A stretch of DNA of 64,000 nucleotides, taken from the human T2T-CHM13v2.0 reference genome, Homo sapiens. Below, piece after piece: positions 46,430-62,129 of this stretch. Positions within the stretch are counted from its first letter, which is position 1. Each line of letters begins with the position of its first letter. Location of the stretch: the NCBI RefSeq assembly GCF_009914755.1, contig NC_060930.1; one strand, given 5' to 3'. Below the pieces are notes generated by a model. The model saw nothing but the letters and a program-made list of their open reading frames with translations. It made no database searches and was not told the DNA's origin. The position numbers and the translations under genes were made by a program.

Positions 46430-49400
46430 GAGTTACTGAATCTCTCTGAGCCTACCTTCCTTGTCGGGCTGGTGGATAGATTGGTACTACTTGTGAAAGC
46501 CCTACATTTACGGCTAATTTTTCTTCCTTCTTTTGAATGTAATGTTAGTGATCCCCTTTTTCTATCCCTACACTTGAAGGGTTATCATCACACAAAATCT
46601 GGGCATTGGTGCATGAAATTGGATATTTTTTTCACAACACCACACCCTTGCCTCTTAAGTACAGGCACTTCCTACATAGTAGCCTCTACCATTGGTCAGG
46701 GCCCTAGCTTCTCAGTAAAGGTGGGGTGGAAAGCAGGCTTGGGGGCTGCTCTCTGCAAATGTCCACCTGGGCCCATAGAATGTGAACATTTGTCCACAGG
46801 TGGCAGAAGATATGCTCTTCACCACTGAGGCTAGAGACGTGCTCTTGCTTTCAGGACCCTGGACAGAGTTTGCTTTGGTTTGTTTATTTGTTTCCAAGTG
46901 GAGATAACCTTGTCTGCAGGCTCTGCAGAGAAAATGCTGCTTCTCAGAGGGCATATGGAGGCAGTGAATGCCTTCCTGGCACTGGACCCTAGATCCTGCT
47001 CTCAGCAATGCGGTTACAAGAGCTTCTACCTTCATGGAGCTCATATTCTAGAAGGGAGAAATGGAGTACACACTAAGGTTGGAGGATGAAAACAACAGGG
47101 CAGATGGTGATATTTTAGGTGCAGTTGGGTGAGCGAAGGCCTCTTTGAAGAGGTGACCAGAGCAGAGACTTGAATGCAGAGAGGGAACAAAGCATGCAAA
47201 GCATTCTTCCTACACAGAGTGAAAGATAGTGAGGGGAGCTTTCCTAGCAAAAGGAGCAGTATGTCTAAAAGTGCTGACACAAGAGGATGTGTGGATGCTT
47301 TCTGAAGAGAAAAATCTCAGTATGGCTGGAGGGAAATAAACAAGGGATGAAGTGGAAGGGAAGCCATGGAATCTTGTAGGAATTTATGTTCAGTTTTATT
47401 GTAAGGGTGGTGGAACTCCACCAGAAGGGTTGGGGCAGGAGTGTGATGTTTGTATTTACATTTAAAGAATAATTCTCTTGCTCTGTGGGGAATAGACAGA
47501 AAAGGAGCAAGAGGGGGATCAGGGAGATGAGTTAGGAGGAGTTAGGAGGTAACTTTATGGAGCTCAGTGTTGTACAGAGCTCAGAGGGTAACGATAGAGA
47601 TTGTAGAAGTGGCTGGATTTATGATAATTTTGGGAAGGTATTTTTGGCAAGATGCATAAGGGAGGTTAAGAAGGAAAGCTAAAATAATTCCAAAGTTTTG
47701 TATGCTATTTGAATAAATGACTGGATTATTTTATAGCCAAGTAGGAGATGCCAAAAAAATAGGCTGCATCTGATAAGATAGTAGCAAAATAAATAAGTTT
47801 GAATTGAGAATGAATAATCTACAGGAAAACATCTCCACACGTTGTATAAGAGAACTGCTGGCCCACAGCAGAGGAGGGCTTAGCTTCTTGAGTGATGAGA
47901 TGGTTGCTGTGGTCCCAGGGAGCCAGTTATTGCTCCTGTCAAAATCATCTCAGCGCCAGTGAGGGCAGGCAGGAGTGTGTGCATGCATGTGTGTGTGTAT
48001 GTGAGTGAGTTTGGGGTGGAGTGGTGTGAAAGAGGGCAGCAGAGTTAATGAGAAGTTAGGACAGAAGAGAGTTATCTTTGGCAAGAAGGAGAGAGTTCTT
48101 CACTAAGAACCCCTGAGGGCTTCGTGAACATGGAATCTTGGAATACGACTCCAGACGCTTAGAACAGCTCTCATCTCCTCTCACCTATTTGGAAGCCCTA
48201 GGCCACCATAAGCTGGGGAGATAGGCAGATGGGGCTTCAGATCCACAGGAACCCACTGCAGCAGGGAGGACATGGGAAGGGAGGGGTAAGAGAAATAAGC
48301 TTCAAGCCCTGGCAGAAACCCAGAAATGTGGAGGGTGAACTTCCAAAGTGGAGGAGGAGAGAAAAAAGGAACAGAAGGTAAGACATTTTCCAGGCATACC
48401 CCTCTTCTTTTTAGGCTCTGCTTTCACTCATGGAGACTAAGGCCCTGGGAACACTAAAAAACAGTCAATGAACATGATGCTTGATCAAGCCTGGAAATGA
48501 GTAAGGAATGACCAAGAAAGTCAGCATGCTGGGAGGGAAGAGAAGGCGAGCTGATGCAGCAAGGACGAGGGAGAGCAGAGAGAGCCACAGACTCGAACCT
48601 GAGTCATATCGACTCATATGACACTCCCCATGGGGTCCCACTGCAGGCACCCTTGAGAAAAGATTCCTCATACACTTTTCATCAACTCAAACATCTCTTA
48701 AAAATGGCTCAGCCCCTGGAGCGCAGCCCATGCCAAAGCAACAAATTGTACCCTCTGTCAGACACGCCTCTGCAGTGGGTGAGAAAGGAGTAATTATAAT
48801 CTGCAAATCCTGATGACATTCATAACACCCCGATCTATATTTAATAATAGCAAAAAGTGTTTGCATTTACAGCTATTAGGCAGCTTGCTTGTGGAGGGAG
48901 GTCCTCCTTCTCCTTCTTTGCAGCAATAAAGTGTAATAAAAAGCTGAAAACAAGGCTTTGTGGATTTCAGAGTGATCTCCTCATTAGGGGCTCTCGTAGC
49001 ATCATAAACTATCAAATGACAGCTGGGAGGTTTGTGGAAATCTTCAAATCCCAAAGTGAAAACGAGGGGATAAAATTCCAAGTCCAGTAAGCTTGGTCTC
49101 CAAAGGCTTCTGTAAACTGCCACGGCAGGTACGATGAGATGAACACTGGTCTTTTGTGTGTTTCAAATTCCTGATCTTGCTGTCTGAATTTTGATGTTCG
49201 TTTTGCTTTCTAAATATTAACATTTCTCAGTCCTGCCTCCTCTTTTCCTCATTATTGCCATTTGTCTAGCTCATGCCCTTTCCATCTCTGGCTTGGAGGG
49301 ATGACCAGCCCTCTAGATGTTCCCCACAACTTCATAACAACCCCTCCAATCCGTGTTCCACAAGGCTGTCAGCACCTTGCCCAAGTTCCCACCCAGTGAA

Positions 49401-50907
49401 AACTCTCCCTCACTTACAGGAGGGACAAGGAGCAAGTCTCTCAGGGAGGTCCTCTGCACTGCGTTCCTTCAGCCTCCACCTTCCAACACCCCTGATGCAT
49501 CCTTGGCGTTCTAGTGAGTCTGCACAGCTTTCAACTGCCCCCACAAAGCTTTCAGATGCTCAACTCATCCCCCTGCTTTGCACTCCTCCCTTCCTCTGGC
49601 TTCTTTCTAATCATTTTGCCTAATCATCCCTCCTTCCCATGTGGTCCCACAGTTCTCTGCTCTTACTACCTGGGGACACTTCCACAGGCATCCTCACTGT
49701 CTGTTCCCAGGTCGCCCTTCCTTCCTAGATGGTGTCTTGTGGTCTTTGCCATCCTGCTTCAGTTCTTGGCCTCTACTTCCCAACTCATGCATCATATGAA
49801 TGCAGATCTGTGCTCTCTACATGGCCCACCTGACAAGTATTGTTGTTATTTCATGTTCAGTGTGTTTGTGCCCTGTCACCTGGCATCTAGAAATACGTTT
49901 CTTAAAGACTTGAACCTTAGAATTCCCCCCAGTACAATGCCTGGTGTACATTAATAATAACTATTTGTTCCTCCTGGAGTACTAGAGTGCAATGGTTACC
50001 AGTATGCATTCAGGTATCTGCCTGGCTTCAAATCTTAGCACTGCTATTTATTAGCTAGATGGTTGTGAGAAAGTCACTTAATCACTCTTTGCCTCGATTT
50101 TATTTTCTGTAAAATGGGAAGAATTATCAATTTTAGAAGGTTGCTAAGAGCATCCAATGGTAGGCAAAGTGAAAGACATTATTTCAGTGTATTTACTGGT
50201 GCAAATATACCCTGGGGAAGTCCTGCCTCTCAGTCTTTCAAGTCTTCCTAGGCCGGCAGCCCAGCCTTCTCGTTTACCCAACATCTCTTACATTTAATTT
50301 GATTTTCAGAGCTCTCCTTGAGTATCCTTTAACAGCCTGTTCTGCTTCCAGTCCCTGCCTAGTTCTTCTGAAATGGCAGAGCCTTTGCCCAGGCATTCCC
50401 ATCAACCCTGTAGGTGGGCTGTATTCCTCTCTTAGAGTAGCCTCCAGGCTCCCCTTCCTCCTTTGGCAACTCAACCCTCCCTCCCTGGCCACAGGTGATG
50501 GTGTGGGATGGCAGGACATAGATTGCAAAGGCCAGGGTAAGACCATGGTTGGGTGTGTGTATGTGGATTTTGTCTTACCTGGATTGCTGGACTAGTCCCA
50601 GAGGGAAGTGGCATGTCCTGAAATTTCAATTCATGACCCATCTCTTCCAATGAGGTTAGTTGAGAGATCCATTAGTCATATAATTTCTCTGGAGCAGTTG
50701 ATACTTAATGGGTGCAGAGAACTAAGCTAATGTTAGTAAAGCATTTACTTTTGGGAGTAGGGAATCCCAAAACATCAAGGAAAGAAAAATGTTAAACAAG
50801 AACTGCATTTAGCATTAATAGCCTGGAAGTTGGAATAATGCCTAGTTACCTTTGTCAACACGAAGCATACGCTATGTACCTGGAAAACTTAGAAACAACA
50901 ACTTTTA

Positions 50908-51096
<189 letters not shown>

Positions 51097-52211
51097 TCAT
51101 CTCCAATTCTGTCCAGATACTGCAAGATTCATGGCACTGAGGGTGACTCTGTAAAGACCAGTGTTCCCAACTTCATTGCTGATTTAGCCCAGATGCTTTC
51201 CAAGGCTGAAGAGAATTCCATTGGCTATGCCCCCTCAAGCCAAAAATTGAAGCCATGGAAATAAATACAAGGCAACACTATTCCTGCATCTACTCTGCCA
51301 CCTACAGACACATACCCAGATGTGTTGATGCCAAGCAGGTGGCTTACACAGCATTTATCTCTTGTTCAGGTGGTATCTGAAATGTTGGAAATGTTGATGT
51401 GTGCTCTGTGGTTGTGCTGCTGTTGCTGTTTGTTTTGCTTTTTGTCTTTTGTTTTTGGACATTATGAACATATGTCAAGTTTAACTGGAGAATTTGGACA
51501 TTGCCTGTGCATTTTGGCCATGCCCACCATGCATTTAGGAAGTCAGAGGGCCTATGTTACTCTTCTAAAATGCTTTAAATTTTAACCACCTATCTATATA
51601 GTTAATAAGAGATTAGCTGCTATTAGTCACCTGTAAAATGTCCCCATGATATATATACCAGAACACCAGAAAGTGCTAAACTTTCTTCCTTAAAGCCTAG
51701 GATTATAATATGGTTTCAGTATGAATATCCATTGAATGTTTATGCATGTTCCTGTGTGTGCCCATCGATATATCAACACCTGAGGAAATAAACATAATAT
51801 CCACAGTCTACTGATTCTTTATATTATCATATTAAAGAGAGATGGAGGCTTATGATGTGATTTTATAAAAATCTGGGGGAGGTCAGAGCTGCAGCTGCTT
51901 AGCATAGTTGGCAAGTTAGAAGACAAATACCCACATACTGAAGCTTTGGAGGAAATCACATGACATAAAAGGAGGCCAGGTTCTGGAAAAACAATTTAAA
52001 GGATGATCTATAATTATTTTTCGAGTTCTCTATTTTCTCTCCTGCCTTATATCTTACCAGTGCATACCACAAAGGGCTGAAGTATATTTTATAGCCTAGT
52101 AAAAATGCTTACAGATATTTTCTCTCCTGTCTTCAAAACTGCTTAGCAAAGCAAGAATGGATGAATTATACGTTGTTTTATATTCTTTCTCTAAAATCTG
52201 TAAAATAATCA

Positions 52212-52562
<351 letters not shown>

Positions 52563-52574
52563 TCAAGAAGTGAC

Positions 52575-52895
<321 letters not shown>

Positions 52896-54384
52896 CTACA
52901 GATTATTAGAATGGATTAAGCCAAATCTGAGGGCTCCTGGAGATATCCTGGGGCTCTAGACTTGGGTTTTCTGGGCAGATTCATTCTCATTGGCATCCCT
53001 CAGGACACTCACATGGCTGGATGTCTCTTTCCCTCTGCTAAGAGCAGCTTCAAGGCCACCCAAAGATATTTGAATCAGTGCATTGAACAGTTTTAATCTT
53101 AACCATTTTCTGCTGACTAACGAAACAACTTACTAGGTACCGACAGGGTGGGGAAGAAAAGTTAACCAAAACTGAAATATTTATTTTGAACTTTTTAATA
53201 TAGTTCCTATTTAGAAAAAGCATATTCCTTTGTAGCAATTAAGCAAAAAATACTTGTGTTTGTGGTCTTAGACTATTACTGTAGAAACTACAACAATTAT
53301 GCCTGACTATAATTCTCTACAATTTCCATCTCGTGTCCAACAAGAAGAATACGTTGTCAGGGTGAATCTCTCTTTACCCTTTATTAAAAGTGCTAAGGGT
53401 CATGGAAAACTTCTCAGAAATTTGAATATGACCCTGGAAGCAAGAGCATGGAATAAAATGCCATCATGAATTGTATTATTATGTCCTTGAAAAGACCTGA
53501 AATTATATGACAGTACAGAATCAAATGAGAGCACATTAACCCCTCAGCACTATAGAAAATGTTCATATAGTAATAAAGAAAGATTTAATAATGTGGTGAG
53601 GTAGTTACAGCAGTCTTTGTTTATGACACTGATGAATTTCAGGTTCAACTACCACGGGTTCCGTGCCTAGACGCCCTTCAATGTCAGCTGTTTGCCCATG
53701 CTCCCATCTTTCTCTGAGTGCAGCCCATTTTTGATTGGTTCAAGAGATATTAATTTCACTATGTACCCACTACACACCAGGCACCTTGGTAGGTGCTGGA
53801 GACTCAGAGATGATCAAAACATAGATTCTTACCCATAAAGGGTAATCTTCTAGGAGAAATGACAAACCTGTAAACCAATTATCAAAACTGTCATAGGTTT
53901 GCTGTGAGACTTAAATAAGCTAATACATGTATTTCGAACACAGACTGGCATGTGTTAAGTGCTCAAAAATGGTAACTCTCAGGCTTTGAAAAATAATTAA
54001 TTTAAATGATCCCTGGTAAAACGGGTGTTGATTTGGGGTGCCATGGAGTCTCAGTGGAGCAAAGTCTCCAGGTATTTGGGAAGTGATGTTTGAGCTGAGG
54101 CTCGAAAGATAAATGGGAATTTAGGAGGTCAAGAAAAGGAGGAAGAACAAAGTTACAGCGGCATGAAATAGCCATCATGGTTTGTTTGTGGAACTGTCTG
54201 CTGTGTGTTGTGGCTGGAGCATAGCGTGTTTGAACATTCAGGTTCATAGGAGAACGGTGATGGCAGGCAATGCACGAAACTAACAAATACATATAACACT
54301 TCCTTAGTGCGAAGTGGTGTTCTAAAACCCTCATGGATGTTAACACATCTGATGTCCCTAGCACCCTATAAGAACAGTACTATT

Positions 54385-54692
<308 letters not shown>

Positions 54693-55461
54693 CTATTATA
54701 ATTACCCCCAGTTTACAGGGGAGGAAGCTGAAACCCAGGAAGGTTAAGAACCTTGCTGAGGTCACAGCTAGTTAGTGATAGAGCTCTGAAATCCACACTC
54801 TTCAACACTGACCTATGATATAGGTAAGGATAAGATTGTGAAATCCTTTGATATCAAATTAAACATTCATGCTTTATTCTTAGGCTATAAAAAGCCATTG
54901 GAATAATTTAAGAAGAAGATCTAAATTTGCAAATCTCTGTTCGTGGAAGATGGATGGAGAGGCAAGGCTGGAGATTGAGCTGAGTCCTCCCCGGCTGTCC
55001 CCCACCCCTGAAGAACTGCAATAGTGGACCAGAAAGGCATTCAGGTGGCCAGCACCATGGAGAGGGAGAGAAGCCATTGGGGATACAACCCACAGGTTTA
55101 GGGAGATGTGAGGGACTCGGATGAGTTGGGGAAGACTTTTGCCTGTCCAAGTAGTATGATGGTTTTGTTTACCAAGACTGTGAATAAAAAAGGAAGAGAA
55201 GAAAGTCTGTGTTGGGACTGGTGGTGATGGGTGGATGACCAGCCCAATTCTGGGCAGGATGAGCTTGAGTGCCTGTGGGAAACCCAGGAGGTGAGGCCTA
55301 AGAGGCATTTTTGTCTACACTTGTGATGCTCTGGATTGGATGAAGCGGAGGAGGAGGTTGCGGGAGTATTGGTGGGTGGTGGAGGAGGGCTGGGCAAAGC
55401 CAGCTGACAAATGAATGAGGAGGGAAGAAAGAGGTAGCTTCTTCCTTAAGAGTGACTTAGA

Positions 55462-55744
55462 GGCTGGCTACAGTGGCTCACACCAGTAATCCCAGCATTT
55501 TAGGAGGCCGAGGCAGGAGAACTGCTTGAGCCCAGGAGTTTGAGGCCATCCTGGGCAACATGGCGAAACCCTGTCTCTATTAAAGTTAAAGAAGTTAGCT
55601 GACCTGTAGTCTCAGCTACTTGAGGGGCTGAGTGGGAGGATCACTTGAGCCCGGGAGATCAAGGCTGCAGTGAGCCATGATTGCACCACTGCACTCCATC
55701 CTGGAAGACAGAGTGAGACCCTGTCTAAAAAAAAAAAAAAAAAA
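55462..55744 (+). mobile_element. AluJ with a short internal deletion
   Basis: ggaggatcacttgagcccggg...aggctgcagtgagccatgatt, AluJ-type positions. Confidence 0.88.
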
Positions 55745-56875
55745 GTGATCTAGGTTGTAAGACAGAAGAAAAGATAGGGCAGGGGCTAGCATGTAATGCA
55801 ATGCAGGGAAGTCTGTTTCGGTTATTTTCAAATTAAAAGAGACTGAGGCATGTTCATGGAGGAATGGAGGAAGGTAGAGACAGTGGGAATATAAAAGGGA
55901 GCTGAAATACCAAGGTTGCAAGAGGATGAGGCTGAGAGCAACACCCTGGACAGATGTGGGAAGCAAGGCAGGGTCTGCAGGGAGAGAAGGGTACAGATGT
56001 GGATTAGGGTGAAGGTGTGGAGGTCTCTGAGCAGGAACATGAGGTCAGTTCCCACCTGAGAGCCTCCATCTTTGCTTGGAAGCTGGAAGGGAGGTCACTG
56101 TGTATGTTAGACAATGACTCTGCTAGCCTCTCTCCAGAGCAGTGAAGGTTGCCCCATCAGGCAGAAGGACCCAGGGAAAAACAGCAATAAAACATTTGCA
56201 ACCCTGAATGGACGCCGTCCTGCTTCCTATACGACCCGAAGTGTTTAGTGACCCCCTGGCTTTCACTGCTACACCATCACCCTAGATTAATAGGCTCCAG
56301 AATAGCCTTATTTAAATTCAAATATCCTTGGCAAGGTTAGCCTGGAACAAGATAAATATGCTTTGCACTTCAGATCTCAAGTAAAGACTTTTCTTTGAGG
56401 ATAATATTTCTTTTCAAATGACCAGGACCCGGGGAAAAGTTTCTTTTCTCTCACTCTGACATCTAATTAGTTACACATGATCTCTTCTAGTTTCACTCAT
56501 GGCTGAGACGTTATCTGTGTATTTAGGGTGGGAGTTTCATAACAGGGTCAGGAACTTGCAGGCAGTGGGTGAGGTGGGGAGGAAGCAAATGCTCCCAGTA
56601 GGGCTGGGCCTCCATCAATGGGTGGAAAGCTAATGGCTCAGCTCCCAGACAGCCCATGAAGAGAACGAGAGGGTGCTACCTCCACAGCCATGGGGATCTC
56701 TTTCACCATGCAATCCTCTCTACTCAGGAATGACTAGGGGAATTGTGTCCTAAGCCACCCGTGCCTCAAGAGTTTCCATTTGGCTGACATTACACAATTC
56801 TATTTAAGCATGCTCAGTTTTTTATATCCCAAGTTCCTCCATGAAAGAGGCTAATGTTTACAGACATTTATTTTC

Positions 56876-57006
56876 CTGTTTTTTGTTTTGTTTTGTTTTG
56901 TTTTCTTGAGACAGGGTCTCATGTTGCCCAGGCTGGTATTGAACTCCTGGCCTCAAGCCATCCTCCTGCCCCAGTCTTTTAAAGTGCTGGGATTACAGGC
57001 GTGAGC
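56876..57006 (-). mobile_element. Alu monomer (FLAM-like) with a (TTTTG)n tail
   Basis: gagacagggtctcatgttgcccaggctgg...gctgggattacaggcgtgagc, single arm. Confidence 0.8.
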
Positions 57007-57124
57007 ATTTTTCTCAGATATTTAGCATTTTTGCTGCAATTCATACGTGTCAGAGGATCTAATTTTCAATATACAGTAGTGTCATTTCCCTTTGTGTTGG
57101 AAAACTTCCTTTAGCATATCTTTA

Positions 57125-57380
57125 ATTTTTTAAATAGACACATAATAATTGTATAATTGTATATATTATAGGGTACAAAGTGATGATTTTACATATATAT
57201 ATAAAATCAAATCACATTGCAGGATAATTAAGTTAATAACATATCGATTACCTCCCATATTTATTTTTGTGGTGCAAACATTTGAAATTTACTCTCCTGG
57301 CAATTTTGAAATATATAGTATAGTATAATTAACTATAGCCAACATGTTGTATATTTGATCTCAAACACTTATTCCTTCCG
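57125..57380 (-). mobile_element. L1MA-type 3' end fragment
   Basis: ataattgtatatattatagggtacaaagtgatg...acatttgaaatttactctc...aattaactatag. Confidence 0.65.
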
Positions 57381-58479
57381 TACAGACTTTTCCTAATTTC
57401 ATCTACTGATTCTCCAGGTTGGAAAATACCAACTGATTCCTGAAATGCTACTTTTTATTCTAAAGCTTCTTTATCTAGATCCATAAGAGTTTTTCTGTTT
57501 TCATCTTGCAATTCCATCATGCATTTGTAGAGTGCATAAATCTACTTTGGGAGCTCTGTTGGTCTTATTCTTCTACACATCTCCAGCACTAGAGCAGGGC
57601 CCAGTCATTAGGAGGTGCTCAGTAAGTGTTGGCTAAATAAATCATGAGGACATCTAGCAAGGAAGTTCTTATTAAACCTTTGCTTGTTTGTTTCTCTTTA
57701 AGATTCATGGTTTTTTATGTTCTCGGAGCCTTCATTTGAAACTTAAGTTCTCACTATACAGTCAAAAGGTACCGTGTCCCTTTAAAGTAAAAAAATTCTA
57801 AATCTCCTTGTTGCCTCTTTCTATAGAAGCAGTATAGAAATCAAAATAAAGGCCTCATTTCATTGAGACTTGTTTAATCAAGATGAGAACAACCTTTGGG
57901 AGGATAACGATGGAGATGACAAGTGAAGAACACATCTCTGCTTTATGTTTCTTCCTGTGTGTTCCGTGCAGTGACAGCTAGTAATTTTTAGAACTCCTTT
58001 CAAGGATGCTAATAATTCAGCAGTATTGGTACAAAGGACTCAGAGAACCTTCACCAAAGGCAGTACTTCACTAGAACAGCAGCACCATCCCCTGCTGGGG
58101 GACCCTACATGGGACGTCATAGTTTATGTTGTGATTCAGTAAATCCATGTGCTTTGAATTTGTACACGGGAAATAATCATACAAATGCAAAGACAAGTGT
58201 GTTATGTAAGAATGTTCATCATGGTGTAAGAAAGGGAAAGTGGAAGCATGGAAGCAGCCTAACTGTCCAACATGTGATCAAGTATTTTGAAACAGAATAG
58301 AATGCTATTCAGCCATAAAAATGCAGATCTATATTGACTAGGCAAGAAAGACATCCATGGCATATTAGTGTTTCAAAATCACATGCAGAGCAGAATTTTA
58401 AATGACTCCCACTACCTTTTGCATAATTTTGTATAATTTTCTCCCCTGAGTGTAGGTGAAATCTATAAACAGAACAGGC

Positions 58480-58965
58480 TAGTACTCCTGTGACTATGTT
58501 GCTTTATGTGTCAAGGAGGATTTTGCAGAAGTAATTAAGTTTACTAATCTGTTGACTTTGAGTTAATTAAAAGGTAGATTATCAGGTGGGTCTGGCCTCA
58601 TCAGATGAGCCTTTTAAGTCTGGGTCTAGAGATCAGAGACAGAGCAAGTCAGGGATTCAAAGCAGCAGAGACATTCTCCTGCTGGCTTCAAAGAAGATAG
58701 AAGCATCTATGAGTTCTACAGCTGCAAGGAACTGAATTCTTTCAAGAACCTCAATGAATTTGGAAGAGGACTCTGAGCATTAGATGGGACAACAGTCCCA
58801 GCCAACACTGATCGATTGCAGTTATCTGAGACCCTGAGCAGAGAGACCCAGTCAACCAGTGACCAAACTCCTGACCCACAGGAATTGTCTGATGATAAGT
58901 TGTGTTTTTTTAAGCTGTTACGTTGTGGTACTTTGGTACTTTGGTATGCAGCATTAAAAACATGC
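58480..58965 (+). mobile_element. MLT1 (E/F-like) LTR
   Basis: gattttgcagaagtaattaag...tacagctgcaaggaactgaattct...ctcctgacccacag...tttaagctgttacgttgtggta. Confidence 0.7.
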
Positions 58966-61900
58966 ATACGACACACAAAGAGACATATTACAGAAGGGTT
59001 AAGGAAATGTTACAGATGTTCTGAGTAGTTAGAAAATAGATACTTCTTACTTTGGTATTTTTTCTGCAACATTTAAAATACTGCATAATAAACATGTATT
59101 AGGTTCCCTCCGAAACACTGAGGACTATTTATTTATTTATGTATTTATTTTACCAAAACCCAGTAGAGCACAGTAGTTCAAAATCTGTCTTGGTTCTGGC
59201 TAAGGTCATATCCAGAGGTATAGGAGCCTATGGGGTGGTGAAGAGCTGGACAGAGAACACAGCTGAGACCAACATGGGCTTCAGGGTGCTATGTGTTTGA
59301 AGAAAATAAAGTGGTTAATTTAAACAAGGAGTCCTTTACTGACCTTAACTTGGCTAACTAACTGCTTAAACAGTCCACAGGGTCATCTCATTTACAATCT
59401 ATCTGTCCAGAAATGTTTCAGAGAAAAGGAGTTCTTAAAAGGGAAGAAAGAGATATGGGCTTGTAATTTTGTTTGTGCAGCTTTATTAGGGCTCAGGGGA
59501 GAGCACAAATAAGATCAAGAGAAAGCCCTGGAGGAGATGTCTTGGACCAACTTCAACTGTAAACCAAGGGTTTGAATTCTTTCATAGCAAAACTGGCAGG
59601 GGGTGAAAGAAAGGCACTGTCTATCTTGCAAATCATTTGTGTATTTGTAGCAGATGGGTGTAGCCCTACCTCTCTGGTTCTGCTAATACATTCCGAATAC
59701 AGACAACAATATTGTTGACAATAATGACAGGACATCCTGGATTATTAAGCTCTGGCCATTTCAGGGGCAGTGGGGATAGGATGGGGTGGGAGTTGTTGGA
59801 AAGAAGTGGGAACAATTTGGTGGACTCTGAGGCTTGTCTAACAAGACATTTCAAAGTGGAAATGAAAGCCTGGACTTAGAAAAAAACTTGTTAGGAAATA
59901 TAATGAAGGAAGATGACAGAAAGGAATTATTCAGAGGAAAGAGGCATGCTGCAGGAATCTTTGATGGAGCTGCGAGCATGACACTATTTCAGAATACAGC
60001 TATTCATTGTTTGAGCCTGTTGGAGTGCTGAAACCAGCAAGGGGCATTTGGATGTTAACTGGCGTCATGTCAAAGGCCAGCAGTCCAGTCAGGTGGAGAC
60101 TAGGCCAGGGCCCCTGTCCTCTCTGAGGCTCAGCTGCTTCAGATCCCTCTGGCTGGGAGCCACCTGGGGAAGCCCTGGGTAGCCAGTCATGAATGGCCTC
60201 ATTTGCATAGCAATGCTATATGGGAGATAAATGGAGGGCGCCATGGGCATCCCAGCTCAGTAAAGGATGCTGTTGTAGGAATCAACTGACCGCCAAGAAA
60301 AAAGAAGAAATGAATGTGTTTATTCTTACTTGTCCTGTGAAGGCAAGGGGTTTTGCAAGTCTCACTGAGAAGTCACGTGTAAATACAGTCTGATATAGCA
60401 CAAGAGACCTCAATGGAGGGGGTTGCAGATGGCGGGGTGCACTTGGACAGGTGCTGTAGCTTCCACCATTAAACTATGAGGTGTATGTGTAGTAGGAGTG
60501 ATAGTCAAAACCATTAATAAGTGCTCAGACACAGGCATGAACCAAATGGATGTTGCAACCCATCGGAAAGGACATCAACGCTAAATGCAGTTCTACCAGG
60601 GCATCCTGGCTAGATACCAGTCCAGATGTCCTCACTCACATACACACTACAGGAGTACTGAACAAATTTCCATCCACAAAGTCTTTAGGGAGTGAGTCCT
60701 TCCTTAGTCCTGAGAGTACAGCCTTTCCACTCTCTTCTTAAGCTTCCAAGAACAGATTTCTTGGATATTTATCAAGAGAATTGTAAAGCAGCTTTGTTAA
60801 TAGCAATTTTTAGAAAATTAGGGGCTGATTATCCAGCTTTCTTTTTTTCTTCTCCTTTCATTTTTCCCCATGGTGTGATTACGTGTTTTATTATTTTTTT
60901 TTTAGTGTAGTACCTCCAAATGGAACAGGCAGGGAATGAAACCAAATTTGGCAAAAATAAAACACAAGTTATAAAACAAAACAAAACGAAAACAACAAAA
61001 ATTAAAATTAAAAATTTTCAGAAAGTAGATGCCACCCCATCACACAGACCACGTTTGCCATCATTAGTTAGCAGAAAGCCCTTTCTGAGCACTTCTGGGT
61101 TCCCTCTGCTGGGTTCATTTTGAAAATGAAGCCCTACCCCCTTTTACCACTCTGGCATAGCAAGCTAGGAATTAATATCCTGACTGAACATGAAGAAAAT
61201 ATTGAATTTTGAGAGCATTTGTTTGTAAAAGTCTAATGTATAAAAAAGTTTATATAATAAATTCTGGACAAGTGTCTCCATAATTATTGAAAAGGGTTAA
61301 AAGAATTCCAACCAATAGACCCAGTAGGTACCAAAGTTACTGTTTTGCATTATAAACTATTTATGAATATGATATTCTACAGCTGATGGCTCTTATTTTT
61401 GTAACGTGTTCCTAGAGGTATTATTAATTACCAAAAGGAATTACATTACATTCAGTATAGCCTAGGCGGTGCATACTTTATTAGTTTCTAATTACTTTAA
61501 AACTAGTAACCTTCTAACGGTATATATGATGACTCTTGTAGGCAAAAATTATGATTAACCAGAACATGATTCCATTGCCATATGGAGTGTTTTCTATGTG
61601 GTTTATTAAATGATTCCCACTTTTTTTCCCTTTCTGCCTAATTTCCCAAGAAGTTATTACAATGACCTCTGACATTTTACCCCCAAACTCCCCTTGGTTT
61701 ACTCTCAAGTGAGACTTGAGTGGAATGAGGGCTTCAGGCGCTCTTTGGAGACATTCCAGCAGCAGGAATGGATGGGTACCTGAGAGGAACGGGAGGAGAG
61801 TGTAGGGCAGTGATTTCCAACCTTCAAAGAGCAATGCCCCCTTCTTGTTTTTAAGCAAATATTTTTTACATTCCTTCATTAGGCTGAAACTAAATCCATA

Positions 61901-62129
61901 GATGGCTTTCTACATACATAATTTTCTAAAAGATCAATATCATGCCCCGTAATGTATGGGAGAAATGGAGAAATAAAAGGATATACATACAATAATATGT
62001 GTTTCAGCAGATATATGTCAGGAAGACTCTACTAGATGCCAAAAATATTCTTACAAAATGTAAAGCACCTTAGCAGTGTGGTAGGAAGCACTTGTGTAGT
62101 GGTTAAGAGTGGGCTCTGGGAAACACCTC